Origin: Eledone cirrhosa
Lineage: Eukaryota
Length of the DNA: 64,000 bases
Assembly: GCA_964016885.1 (NCBI GenBank)
Contig: OZ024742.1
Location: forward strand, 326,368,001-326,432,000
Direction of reading: 5' to 3'
Shown here in pieces: positions 1 through 13,868 of the stretch (position 1 is its first letter; every line of letters begins with the position of its first letter). The position numbers and the translations under genes were made by a program. The notes under the pieces were generated by a model. That model saw nothing but the letters and a program-made list of their open reading frames with translations. It was not told where the DNA came from and made no database searches.

Positions 1-512
1 TTAGACTGACCTGGACATATATATATTCCTATTGTAATACAACCGCCATTATAGAATGTGTACTTGGCTTCCTTCTTTCCTTGTTCCTTGGCGTCTCATT
101 GTCGTATAAATACATATACTCTCTAAAGTATCACCATCCACTTCTGTAACAAACGTCTGTCATTGTCATCACTAGACTTATAGAAATACTATCGATCTTT
201 CAGACGAATGCAATGAACCGTGGACTGCCGAGTGCAGATGGAGAATTTAATTTACATTCAATTGATCTTTGTGGCTCTTATTTTATTGCTGCTGTTGTTG
301 TTATTGTTTTCGACGTCTTTGCCCTTTGCTGTTAATGATGAAGAGTATGACGATGATGACTACGATGAGACTGATGTTGTAGATGATGATGAAAACGAGG
401 GCGAGCATGGTGTTGCAAACACACCGTATTTAGAACTATCTTGTAGTAATTCTAATAGTTGAGAGGCAACAGAGCATTACGTTCACTAGCCACCAGTGTC
501 ATTTCATCATCA

Positions 513-984
513 TAATAATAATTGCTTCTACTTTTTGCACAAGGCCAGCAATTATTCCAATACATTACTGGTACTTTATTTTATCAAGCCCGTAAGGATG
601 AAAGGCAAAGTTAACCTCGGCGGGATTTGAACTCAGAACGTAAAGGGCCATAACTCTATGCTGTAAAGCATGATGTGTGACGCTCTACCGATGCTGCGAA
701 TTCACCGCCCATCATCATAATAATAATTGTTTCTACTTTTGACACAAGCCAGCAATTATCCCAGTGCATAAATGGTACTTTATTTTATCAACCCCGTAAG
801 GATAAAAGGCAAAATTAACCTCGGCGGGATTTGAACTCAGATCATCATCATAATGGTCTCTGATTTAGGCATAAGGCCAACAATCTGGGGGAAGGGAATG
901 TCGACTAAATTGATCCCAGTGCGTTACTGGTACTTCATTTCATCAACCTCCATAAAGATGAAAGGCTAAGCGGGATTTGAACTC
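513..984 (-). mobile_element. Tandem cluster of three tRNA-derived SINEs (family A, Meta-like central domain): full length 513-710, truncated 719-842 and 850-984
   Basis: Reverse complement shows a tRNA-like head (GGGCGGTG.., B box GTTCAAATCC), the central GCCTTTCATCCTTACGGGGTCGATAAAATAAAGTACCAG block and the tail GGCCTTGTGCCAAAAGTAGAAACAATTATT; copies are separated by ATCATCATAAT repeats. Confidence 0.9.
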
Positions 985-1547
985 GATATTTTCCCTTCGG
1001 CACTGATGTGGATTTTATTCGATCCGGCAAGCGAATAATGGTTTAATGTGGAGGAATATCTCACCATTGACAATAGCCCAGTTATCTACTTTTGATTCCT
1101 TCAACTCGAGGAGGGTGTTATTCCCCTCAAGGACCACGCAGACCAGGGTCCACCAGATATACAACTCTGGCGCGATTCATGCAATTGTGACCTTTACTTC
1201 CTTCCTCCTTGGCACGCCGGATTGAGTATGAATTAGTCTGTCTGGCCGGGAACATAGAAGTTTTCTCAGCCAGGGCTTCACTCTTTAAGAGCACTGAAAT
1301 TGTACCATCTGTTGGCCTAAAGTATAAAGACATTGGGGACAGTACAAAGATAAATAACACAGGGTAATTACAACGAGTAAAGGGAAAACAGTTGGCATAA
1401 CAATAACAGTAACTGTATTAAATAGACATGATGTCTATGCAAACATCTTCAATATAACACGGGAGAAGGATGCTACTTCTTCTCTACCTTCATTTTCATC
1501 CTAGTATGCTACTTGAAGAAGTTGATTGTGGCTTGCCTGGAGAGTAT

Positions 1548-1733
1548 AATAATAATTGTTTCTACTTTTGGCACAAGGCCAGCAATTACCCATGTGAATT
1601 ACTGGTGCTTTATTTTATCGACCCCGTAAGGATGCAAGGCAAAGTTAACCTCGGCGATATTTGAACTCAGAACTTAAAGGACCATAACTCTATACTGCAA
1701 AGCATTGTGTCTGATGCTCCACCGATTCTGCCA
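1548..1733 (-). mobile_element. Family A SINE, near full length
   Basis: Direct similarity to 513-710. Confidence 0.9.
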
Positions 1734-3012
1734 ATAATACAAATAATCCAAAGTGAAATACAAAAAACAAAATCAAAATTAAGTCAATGAGCCTCTTGTA
1801 AACTACATATTATGGAAGGACAGACGGTTGACTATAACAATTCATCAAATTTGTAATGTGGCATGAATGATATGAAGCTGTGTTATTTCGAGTCTCTTAA
1901 ACGAAATATTGAAGTTGAGTACATATTAGATATGTTATTCATGGGGCACAATATTTAATATTGCTGGAAGGGAAAAGAGATATTTCGTTAAATATGAGTG
2001 TACTTTTGAATATTACTGCTGAATACAGAATGGAGGCTTAGAATCTGATGACACTAATCATTTTCTGCTTCTACGAATGTCTGTCAAAATGATGTGGTAT
2101 GTGTAGTATAGTCACGAGGCTAGAAATTTGTGAGCAGGAGTTAATTAAATCGCCTCTATTACTTACATGGTACTTTATTTCATCGACCAGAGAAAAACCA
2201 AAGTTAGAGATGACTTCGGTGTAATTTGAACTAAAAAGCAAAGAGAGGTAACTAAATAACACAAAGCAATTCATCCGATATTATGAACTACAAATCTTTT
2301 TTAATATTTAAGGAATATTTAATTACTAATATTGTATCCGACATAGAGGCGTTATGAGAAAACAAACAATAGGATTTTGATAATAACAAAAAAATTAACC
2401 AGAATATTTTTATAGCTATATCACTCTTCATAGGTCTGAACGACTACCGTTTTATTACGTTTGCCTCTTCGTGTTTAATAATAAGACAAATAGTTTCACT
2501 ATATACTTTATCAAAGCCCTTTATATTACATGTAATAATGTATGACAAACAAGGAGTTATTAACACTACCAACAGAGAAAAATATGTTACATCAAAACAA
2601 AACAAAAAAAGGACTTTCACGCTCATTCTGAATCATAAAATATACAATAGGAAGTAGATATTTCTCCGATTATATTCCCACTGTGTATTTTATATGTTAA
2701 AAGGTGTAATTTGAATGCTGAAACGGGTTTATATTAGATGTTTCAAAGTTGATATAATATGTACGATGAGGCAATTAATACTTTTTTCTTCTTCAAGCGT
2801 ATGTGAGTTGTTTATGTTTGTTTTTGTTTTTTTATTCGAACAAACATAATGTAGTGATGGTTTCGTCAACTTCACGTGAGGAAATGAGTCACATATGTAA
2901 ACATGGTTTAAAGGAACTAGTTAATGAGTTGGTGGAAGGAGACTGCTGGCAATTACACTGCAGGCTAAAACATACCAGCCAAATATTCTACAAATCACAA
3001 CCTACTCGCTTA

Positions 3013-3550
3013 AATAATTGTTTCTACTTTTGGCACAAGGCCAGCAATTACCCAGTGTGTTACTGGTACTTTATTTTATCGACCCCGTAAGGATGAAAGG
3101 CAAAGTTAACCTCGGCGGGATTTGAACTCAGAATGGTAAGGGCCGTAACTCTATGCGTCAAAGCATGGCGTCCGACCCTCTACCGATACTAACAATCAAC
3201 TGCCCTAATGATTAAACCGCCCTAACCGCTTAAATAATGATTTCTACTATAAGCCCAAGGCGAGTAATTTTGGTTTTTTGGGGGGAGGGTGCATTACTGG
3301 TGCTTTATTTTATCGACCTCGTAATGATGAATGGCACAGCTAACCTCCTCAGGATTTGAAAAATAATTGTTTCTGCTTTTGGCACAAGGCCAGCAATTAT
3401 TCCAGTGTATTACTGGTACTTTATTTAATCGACCTCGTAAGGATGAAACGCAAAGTTAACCTCGGTGGGATTTGAACTCAGATCATAAAGGACCGTAACT
3501 CTTTGATGCAAAGCACGGCGTCCGACCCTCTACCGATACTGCCAATCCAT
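3013..3550 (-). mobile_element. Tandem cluster of three family A SINEs (about 3013-3205, 3233-3360, 3362-3550)
   Basis: Repeated AATAATTGTTTCTACTTTTGGCACAAGGCC...GGATTTGAACTCAG units in the same orientation. Confidence 0.9.
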
Positions 3551-3607
3551 ATAATGACTGCTATATTAGAGACAGACTACACTTCAAACGCGCACGCACG
3601 CACACAC

Positions 3608-3683
<76 letters not shown>

Positions 3684-3785
3684 GGAAAAAATGAAACGAA
3701 ATTTCAATTCTCACCCTTAGTACGGCTGTTACTTAAATATAAGTATGTACACGTACATACATATATGTATACAAACGTACAGTAG

Positions 3786-3826
<41 letters not shown>

Positions 3827-4106
3827 GCACACACATATACATGTACGTATGGATTCACCGAACATATATTATAATGCTCGGTTTGTTTGTAAACAAACAT
3901 TCCGAATTAAGCCGTAGAGTGTCTAGCAACCATCGTTGCTCATTTGTTCAACACTGACAAAGGAACGCTGTACTAGTTTCAAGCTTATTAGCTATCGTCA
4001 GTAACGTATACCTTCCTGCCAGATGGTTGAACGTCTGAAAGTATATACTTTTTTTATGCATATTAACGGCTGAGCAGCCTAATTTGCATATCGAGTGAGT
4101 TGAAAA

Positions 4107-4160
<54 letters not shown>

Positions 4161-4165
<5 letters not shown>

Positions 4166-4724
4166 AACTCTGGATGTCGGTGAGCATGTCCAGCTAACCT
4201 CAGTCTCCTCTGTGTCACTTTTGAGCTGACTTTTGGGATACTCCCATACAGCTCTGAGTTTTTCATCCTCAGTGTATACTGATTAATGTTCAGAGCCATC
4301 CTCAGCATTCTCGTTAGCACCCATCCACCATCTGAGTGAGTTTCTTGGTCAGTATCCAAGTCTCAGACCCATACAGCAGCAGACTCCACTACAGCAATGA
4401 AGAGGCGGATTTTCAGGTATCTACGAAGGTCCGACTTCCACACCGATCTCAAGCTGTGGCACGCCGCCCAGGCCTTGCTCTTCCTCTCAACCACATCATC
4501 TTCCGTATTCCCATGCTCACCGACATCCAGAGTTGACATTGCACTCAGTGCTCCTTTTGGAGCCCCTACATGGACACACTAGAAGAGGAAGACAAGGTTA
4601 ACGTATGTTGATGCCCTAAGGACAGACACTGGTCTGTTGGAGACGCAGGACATGGCAGCGATAATGAGGGACAGAGACCGCTATAGAGAACTCATCCATG
4701 GATCTCGGGAATTTTACCCGCCTT

Positions 4725-4728
<4 letters not shown>
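4161..4728 (+). mobile_element. RTE/RTE-X-like LINE 3' fragment with an inverted 5' segment (4161-4511 on minus)
   Basis: Minus part encodes ..RRLRLAGHAHRHPEL; plus part continues HPELTLHSVLLLEPLHGHTRRGR..TYVDALRTDTG; (TA)n on both sides. Confidence 0.75.
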
Positions 4729-4792
<64 letters not shown>

Positions 4793-4796
<4 letters not shown>

Positions 4797-4915
4797 AATG
4801 CGGTGCTGAGACCACAAATCAGAGGAGTACTCTATGCTTGGGAAGAAGCTAAATGGGTATAGAGTAAGGTAAAACCCCGACTGTGGCGTCTAGCGCTTTT
4901 GGCTCCTATTCGGTA
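4793..4915 (-). mobile_element. Diverged member of the GAGTAC-tail microsatellite-associated element group
   Basis: GACCAC..GAGTACTC.ATGCTTGG..GGGTA..CCCCGAC aligns loosely with 33390-33500; abuts (TA)n. Confidence 0.45.
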
Positions 4916-5231
4916 AACATTTTCAAGGGTATTTATTGTGAAAAATCTAAAGAGCTACAAAATTAAAACTAAACAGTTTATATAGGGAAAAAAAATGTTT
5001 TTAAATATATACATGGATATTTACAATACATTATGAAAAGGAATTATTACTCCATTGAAGATATATTATAGATTTTTAGGGAAATTTACAGAAATATTCA
5101 GGGCTATCTCATTTGAAAACTGTCATTTCCAAGGTTGATCTGGTTTTGTGTAATTTCAACGCATGTCGTAAAACTATATATAATTCCGACGCTACTGGAA
5201 AATCAGCGATTTTATAAGAGCTCTCGCTCTC

Positions 5232-5283
<52 letters not shown>

Positions 5284-5624
5284 TTAATCTGTAACATATT
5301 ATTATCCTCTATTACTAAATATATTTCCACTTACACTTACACTTACACCTCTCCAAGACAATGTCACTGGACCGAGATCTTTGGCGCTACACAGTAATAC
5401 AGAAGACCCGCTTTGCCTAAGTACAAAGCGAAACCTACAGTCAGTAGGCACCTCTAACAAAATACAACCACGTCCCACTACCCCCACTCCATCCACACCA
5501 CCCCTTTCCATGTAAAGTTATGTTGGTACCACAACATCCACGCCGAAACAAATGAGGTCGTGTAGGTGTCACGGCAAAAAAAAAACACACAGTCCACGCT
5601 GTAATATGGCCATGTAGGTAACAC

Positions 5625-5808
5625 GGTAAAAACCTCCCAGTCCACACTGTAAACGTGGTTGGTGTTAGGAAGGGCATCCAGCCGTAGAAAACCCGCCAGA
5701 CAGTCCTATACGAGCAAGGCAACCAATCTTGCCTCAAGTGGGAAAATTCCCGTCAAACCCATGTTAGCGTGGAAGATGGACGTTAAACGATGATGATGAT
5801 GATGATGA
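5625..5808 (+). mobile_element. 3' part of an RTE-tailed SINE ending in (GAT)n
   Basis: GGTTGGTGTTAGGAAGGGCATCCAGCCGTAGAAAAC motif and GGACGTTAAACGATGATGATG tail, similar to the RTE tail at about 63345. Confidence 0.7.
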
Positions 5809-5884
5809 TTTCATTTTGAACGTTGTTTTTTCATAGACAGGTATGAATTAAATTTCACACACACACACACATACACACACAGAC

Positions 5885-5970
5885 ATTGCACGATAGCATT
5901 AATTGATAATTATTAATAATATTATATGTCCCGATGACCATACTTGATAACGAGGGGGCAGCCATCATGT
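5885..5970 (-). repeat. Dispersed repeat, inverted relative to 21750-21835
   Basis: Reverse complement matches CGATGGCTGCTCCCTCGTTATCGAGTATGGCCAT..ATCGTGCAAT at 21752. Confidence 0.7.
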
Positions 5971-6216
5971 ATATATATAATCTTTCCATTAATTGCTTTT
6001 CATTTCAACTTTTATAAACAACTTCCGTAACCTCCACAGCAATAGTCACTGAATACAAACACAGACAAACGTAAAGTACATATTATAATTGTGGTAAAAT
6101 AGTTACCAGAGCAATTAATGAAATTTTAATTGTTATCATTATGAAGAAAATATGTAGCTACTTGATTTGACTAGAATCACATCAGTCCTTATACATATTT
6201 AGTTATTTAGTAGTAC

Positions 6217-6286
<70 letters not shown>

Positions 6287-6328
6287 TGAAGGGGAGCTCT
6301 GCGTGTGTGCGCGTGTGTAATTTTGTAT

Positions 6329-6375
<47 letters not shown>

Positions 6376-6797
6376 CAAATGCACAAGCACGCTTTGCTGT
6401 ATTCGTTTCGGCTGACTACTCTCGGTGTTTCAACTTTGCTTTCCTTCTATTCTTCAATGAAAAAATTACCAGTCTAGTGTCGGTTATTCTCACTTCCATT
6501 CTTTCACTCTCTATAATTCTCTGAAATTTGCTGTATTTAGACCCGGAGAGGAGAGGTTTAAAAATGTCAATACGGCGCCCCTACGACTCATACAGTTATT
6601 ACGGGTCTATATATATACTGGCCGTGAAATGACAGAGTATCAGTACATGTGATAGAATGGCTTGTGGCATTCACTCAGTTCAAAAACTACCAAAGTCAAC
6701 ATTACCTTTCATACATTTGAGGTGGATAAAGAAGTACCAGTCCTTTACTGGGGTCGGTTTTTAATCTAGATCACTTACTCGCAGTCTCCCCCAGGAG

Positions 6798-7388
<591 letters not shown>

Positions 7389-7451
7389 AATATAAATATA
7401 TATATATATATATTGAAATATTTACTTCTGCGTTCACAGATTGACTTTTTT

Positions 7452-7502
7452 AGTTTCAGAACATCCCGTTAAGGGTGAAAGCAGCGAATCTTTGCTTAAA
7501 CT
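7452..7502 (+). ncRNA. Degenerate type I hammerhead ribozyme (family HH2) in a pLTR-like repeat at about 7425-7620
   Basis: Stem I AGTTT/AAACT; core CAGAACA (copy at about 12085 on minus reads TTGAAGA, consensus CTGAAGA); stem II CCC-GTTAA-GGG; GAAA; stem III GCA/TGC; CUU triplet. Confidence 0.55.
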
Positions 7503-7632
7503 TTGCTTAATCTGTTATTTTAATAAATTTTTGCTCTACGGTTCTCGTATATTTGATATATATTTATCCTTATGGTGCCCTCTTTGGATTTTAGTCTTTA
7601 AATTTATTATTATTACTATATATATATATATA

Positions 7633-7743
7633 GAAATGGCTTCCACAGGATTAGATCGGTTTCATTCATGGAAAAAATATTTATACTCTGCTATGTATTG
7701 ACTACCATACTTAGTGTGGTTACCCCCGATTGAACCCAGGATA

Positions 7744-7746
<3 letters not shown>
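7633..7746. mobile_element. HH1-family element: inverted hammerhead 3' half plus GTATTGA(C)TAC tail
   Basis: GAAATGGCTTCCACAGGATTAGATCGGTTTCAT matches 19281-19313; 7681-7745 is the reverse complement of 19211-19268. Confidence 0.7.
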
Positions 7747-7778
<32 letters not shown>

Positions 7779-8372
7779 ATATAGATAGATAGATAGATAG
7801 ATATGTATGTGTGTATGCATCCGCATGCTTTATGGGGAGGGGGAATTCTATATATACTTTGTTAGTTCCTGTTCACCCTCACGTTTGTTTATCATCCCCA
7901 CACACATTAAGTACTTCCTCTCAGAAGTGTTTTTGTGTATGATTTGTTGTTGGGCTATTTTTAGTGTTCGTTGTTGCTGTAGCTATTATGGTTGTAGTTT
8001 TAATGCTGTAGTTATAGTTATAGTTTGTTTTTCTTTATAAGGAAATAATTCAACCTAAAAAATATAGCTAATATTTTTTTTATCTAAATCTATAGTATTT
8101 TTACCAAAGTATTTAAATGTTGATTATTACATCTAGTTAGCCACAAAAACTCCTTCATGAACCAAAACATACCAGTCATCCTTTCTTTCTCACTCTTTCC
8201 AATGTTACTTCCTCTCTCTTTATCTTTCTCCCTGTATTTCATGTTTTATTTCACATTTTCCTCTATACACACACACAGACGTCATTTATCTATAATGTAC
8301 ATTTACATATATACTTATCTATCAATTTTCTACTACATATCTAGTATTTTCGGCACACACACGCACACACAT

Positions 8373-8445
<73 letters not shown>

Positions 8446-8611
8446 TTGGGGAGGGCCATATTTTTATAATATTGCCAGAAATAATAATAAAACACATTCA
8501 CTGTTTCGTTTGGACTGGTATTCGCTTCTGTATACCTTATATCCCTAGATTAATTTAGCTGGCAATCAATGTTTATCATTGATTGACCAACAGTTAAAAA
8601 TATAGATAGAG

Positions 8612-8692
<81 letters not shown>

Positions 8693-8988
8693 GTCTATCA
8701 AAGTTCTAGTAGACATTACAATACAACGGGAGTAAACATAATAGTACCACTGATGATGTCACAGATGTGTGATGAAAGAACTTTCACTTAAAGTATTCGT
8801 GTAGTTTGCTTCAATAACTAACACAGATTCGGTAGATATATCGGTGTGTCCAAATTCCAACAAGCTAAAGCAAAGCATGGAACGGAAGAGGCTTTAGGCA
8901 CTAAATACATACATTCAGACACATACACGCATACACACACAAACATAGACACACACACACACACACACACACATACACACACACAAAC

Positions 8989-9055
<67 letters not shown>

Positions 9056-9521
9056 TATATATATATATAGGAATGCATTTCCAAAAGTCGGTTTATATTG
9101 ATATATGTCTCTTTCTCTGCTTACCTTGAATATACATTGGCAATGGGATTTAGCTGTGCGTGATTACGTTCATGTTAAATTCAACATTACCAATGATTAT
9201 CATAGGTTATAAAGCCATGTCGGAATCTATTTTTATAAAATGGCGGCTCTCTTATACGTAATGTTTCTTACTTTTCAAGGACATGATTATACCGTTGAAT
9301 TAAGATGGCCCCTTCATTTGGCATTTAGACATTTACGGATGGTTTTACTATTTGTTTCCTGTATAATTTTCTCCCTAATATTATATTGTTTGTTGTATAA
9401 TTACTAACACTGGCGCTATACGGTTGTGCATCCTCTTTTCTTTTGATGCTCATAAATATTTCAATAATGTAGGATATGCTTCAACCTAGGCATCTCATAT
9501 TGTCGGTTGTATATATACATA

Positions 9522-9582
<61 letters not shown>

Positions 9583-9625
9583 AACTCTACGGTTCTTATA
9601 TATTTGATATATATTTATCCTTATA

Positions 9626-9656
<31 letters not shown>

Positions 9657-9660
9657 TTAC

Positions 9661-9736
<76 letters not shown>

Positions 9737-10053
9737 CGTTTCTAAATTTGTTTAGCAAGATTCTTTATCTGAAATCGTGTGTTGAAACCGATATTGTTAT
9801 ACTTTGGGAGGGTCATGTTGCCAATAAGAAACACACGCACCAGTTGCTTTCACTTCAATTTATTATATATTTATAAATTTATAAATTTACAAATCTACAA
9901 CTTTATAAATTTCTGGTTGGTTGGTTGGTTCCACAACCAGATAGTTGTTTATATATAGTCATAGTCCTTTCGTCACACACTCTGTGACCTCTTCAGTGAC
10001 TGTGGATTCCTTTCTTTGTTTCTGTGCCTTTTCTTTCCTCTATCCTACGCCAT

Positions 10054-10104
10054 ATATATACACATACATACATACATACATACATACATACATACATACA
10101 TACA

Positions 10105-10136
<32 letters not shown>

Positions 10137-10217
10137 CATACATATATATATATATATATATACTTACATATATATATACATATACATACATATATATATA
10201 CATACATATATATATAC

Positions 10218-10250
<33 letters not shown>

Positions 10251-10253
10251 CAA

Positions 10254-10285
<32 letters not shown>

Positions 10286-10308
10286 ACATACATATGTATA
10301 TATACATG

Positions 10309-10339
<31 letters not shown>

Positions 10340-10370
10340 AACACACATAAATATATGTGTGTGTGTGTGT
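10054..10370. repeat. Compound (CATA)n/(TA)n/(TG)n microsatellite
   Basis: Visible repeat units. Confidence 0.95.
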
Positions 10371-11199
10371 GCGTATCTATGTATATATTCATACAGATAT
10401 ATCTATATATGCATTTGTACAAATATTCATAGTGTTATGTACACACAGAGGCAATAGTAACGTTGCAAGTTGGAATATCAAAATTATTGTAAGCGCCTCT
10501 GTTATTCTCAACTCTAGAAATATTGCATTATCGCTTAGTGATTTTTCTTTTCAGATATCTACGTCCTTTGTAGTTTAATATATATTATATTCATAGAATG
10601 ACTTCCTACATTTTTCATTTCGCATCAATAAGGAATTCCTACTACTTTATCCTGATGTGCACATCGACAATAACAGCTAAATCTCCCCCGCGGCTGATAT
10701 GTGCACTGTTGATAACATATACCATTGCCTCTACACTATAATGTCTGTAAAGATTGATGTATTACTAAGTTTGGGTTTTTATAACTTTATTCATGATTAT
10801 TAGCAAAGTGAAGAGAAAAAGTCGCCAATTCACTATGTGTTCATACTGAGAGTGTTATTGTTTAGTTTACGTTATATATTTTACTTTGAAATTTAAAGCT
10901 GCAAAACTATTCAAATTTGATTTATTACTTCCTTTTTGCGCCTTCTTAGTACAGTATTTCCTTTGTTATTACTTTGTCAGGGGGTAAATTCAGCATGTTT
11001 GGGGGCACCTGGCATTAGTGAACGAGCAGCCTAGATGAAGTTAGACTCAGACCAGTTAGCTGGCTCAAATACTAGTAAAGGCGTAGATTTCACTAAAGGT
11101 ACATAAAGGCCATGTGTTGTTATTAATATGGTGCGAAATTAAGTCTAACATCCAAATTGTTTTGGCCCTACAGTTTAACATATATGCGTGCTTGGTCGG

Positions 11200-11904
11200 A
11201 ATTACGAAAAAATCGTTAGCCCACTAAATCTGGCTTTAACACAGTGGAGAGTCCCTTTTCGAGGACAAGGGATGTAATATCCGAATTCCGAATTTCTCGG
11301 GCTTAGAAAACATTGAAACGAACTTATTTGTAATATGTTCGTGACTCAATTATTAAGCTAATCTGTGTGTATGTGTAATGTACACTTGACTTGGGATGGA
11401 AGCTAATTATCTAAAAAAACACAAAAAAACACACTTTAAAAGAATTACAAACGCTGATGGTAGATTGTTTACCCTTCAGGGTCGAAGGGAAATAAATTCT
11501 GATGGGATAAATTTATAAATGTTTGTGTGTAATCTTTCGAGCAAATTATTTTTCAACATTTAAGTCTTTTCCCAAAGCTTGCCAATAATTAAAATCTGAA
11601 CATGCAAAAATTAAAAAAATTAAAATGATTGTATGTGTGTTAGCTAGCGTGCAATGTGAGTTGGTAAGTCTAAAACCTCTTTCAACAATTCATTGTATGT
11701 GGTTGTGATGTGTTTAATCTTTTGTGCGTAGGGAGGTGACGCAGAGGAATAGGCTCATGAAATATTTAGCAGGTTGGTGAGGGGATCTTTTTTATTGATA
11801 AACTAATCTGTGTGTATGGCTAATATGCTCTTGACTTCTCGAAAAGGTGCCCCACACGGTATAAAAACCGAATTTAGTGGGCTAAAGGGTCTTTTTTCGT
11901 AATT
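11200..11904. mobile_element. Old non-autonomous DNA transposon (MITE-like) with about 65-bp imperfect TIRs
   Basis: AATTACGAAAAAA..TTAGCCCACTAAAT..CTTTTCGAG versus CTCGAAAAG..ATTTAGTGGGCTAA..TTTTTTCGTAATT; internal direct repeat CTAATCTGTGTGTATG..CTTGACTT at about 11358 and 11802. Confidence 0.6.
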
Positions 11905-12019
11905 GTTAAATTGTGCCTGACGGCTCCTCTACTATACAGTGATGGACATAATTGGACACCGACACCTAAGGTCGCGCATGCATATTAAATGTATAACATT
12001 TTAATTATACTATATATAT

Positions 12020-12198
12020 ATATTTATTACAATAACCGATTAAAGTTTAAGCAAAGAATCGCTGCTTTGACCCTTAACGGGATCTTCAAGAGATCCTGTT
12101 AAGGGTGAAATAAATATTTGCTTTGTGGTTTTATATATTTTTATATATATATATTATCCGTATCAAGCCCTCTTCGGATTTTAGTCATTTATTATTAT

Positions 12199-12202
<4 letters not shown>
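12020..12202. mobile_element. HH2-family fold-back element
   Basis: ACCCTTAACGGGATCT..AGATCCTGTTAAGGGT hairpin; left arm is the reverse complement of 7460-7530; tail matches 7560-7618; (TA)n on both sides. Confidence 0.75.
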
Positions 12203-12241
<39 letters not shown>

Positions 12242-12449
12242 CTGTGAAGCTATATGTATGTCGAGGGCCATGCTTAAGCACCGAACTCCAGATATTGCTT
12301 TACGTCGATAAAAACACATCATTGTACATTTATTTTGAGTTCCGTTTCTTCTGTATGTATACATGTATGTTTCTATGAATGCACGCATGTATGAATGTGT
12401 TGATGTATGTATGTATATATATGCATACATACAAGCATACATACATACA

Positions 12450-12890
12450 TCTGATGAGAAATCTGCAGATACTCCACCCTTCAGATTTATGCCTGTGATT
12501 ATTGGGGCACTGGGATATGTTAGTAACTGCCTCAATACAAATCTTGAGAAACTAGGCTTCACAGGAACAGAAAGAACAAAACTAGCTAGGAAATTACAAG
12601 TACAATCCATTAATGGAACAGTAAAAATATGTAAAACATTCCAAAAATGTTGCATCTAATAACTGCATATAGACATGTACATATACAAAGCATATACACA
12701 TGCACACATACAACTCAAAACATACACATCCACACATACAATAACATCCATATCTACACATGCATGGATACATACATATCTACCTAGTTGATGTTATGTA
12801 AATTCCAATGAGAGAGTCTGTGTCTATGTTAGAAACCGACTCTCTCTCTATTGGTAAAACTTTGTGAAATTATAAAACCAGAAGAATATA
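12450..12890 (+). mobile_element. 3' end of a restriction-like-endonuclease LINE (R4/Dong-like) plus 3' UTR
   Basis: LMRNLQILHP / FRFMPVIIGALGYV..LQVQSINGTVKICKTF matches the C-terminal RLE pattern; flanked on both sides by (CATA)n. Confidence 0.65.
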
Positions 12891-13868
12891 AGTACGTACG
12901 TACATACATACATACATATGTACGTACATACATACATGTATATATGTACGTACGTACATACACACACACACATACATACATACATACATACATACATACA
13001 TACATACATACATACATACATACATACATACATACATACATACATACATACATACATACATGCGTATAGATCGGTGTAGTAACCCCATTAAGTTTTGTCA
13101 GAGTTTGATATAGATTTATATTATGTGGAGAATGCGCTTCAACAAAGCATTTTATGCCAAGCTGGGAGGAAACAGATGTTCTCAGCAAACAGTTGATTCC
13201 GGCCATTCTCTGCATTCCATTCATTAAGTGACCTTGTTGCTGTTGTAAGATAAGGACTTTCCAGTTTATCGTTTAGGTGTTGGGTCAATGCCATCTACAG
13301 ATGGCTGAAATGATACCAGTTTAGGACGGCCGACTGACAAACTCAGTGACACCACTTTCTCACCGCTTCTATACATTTTCGATATCTAAACCAATTAATT
13401 TGCAAATGATGCAACTATTTTAACTTAGCCTTTAGAATAAACTCATGGCTGTATGACTCAACATATTATGTAGCTGTAATTAATTACGCCTGCACATGTC
13501 CACAAAATAAAATAGTAATGAATGAGACATTGTGACCGTGTGGTGTTTAAACTACTCTCGTGCCGAATTATTCCCATTAGTGCCACACCTTTTTATAAAA
13601 TTATAACATGTTCATGACAATTGTTTAAGTTGTGTCAGTAACACGGAATTAATAAATAGCTAAATATCATATCCAATGAGAGAATTGAGATAACTCACAT
13701 AAGCTTGAGATCTATATCCGTGTAAACTTTCATTACATTTGGTTTAATTTCGACACGCACATAAATAATATCGGTTACACACCTGAAGTGTATTGGCAAA
13801 TAATAAGACATGTAATTTGAAAACTTCTGCCTTTGGATATTACTAGCAAAAAAACAACTGTATTTTCT

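Noticed and set aside
220-462. 80-aa ORF with hydrophobic and acidic stretches
   Set aside because: Derived from degenerate GTT/GAT trinucleotide repeats; GTG start; no recognisable domain
513-3550. CRISPR-like or tRNA gene array
   Set aside because: Repeats are 120-200-bp SINE copies with variable truncation; the tRNA-like heads do not appear to form complete cloverleaves
12451-12471. CTGATGAGAAATCTGCAGATA as a minimal hammerhead
   Set aside because: No stem II or stem I; the sequence is explained as coding (LMRNLQI) in the RLE domain
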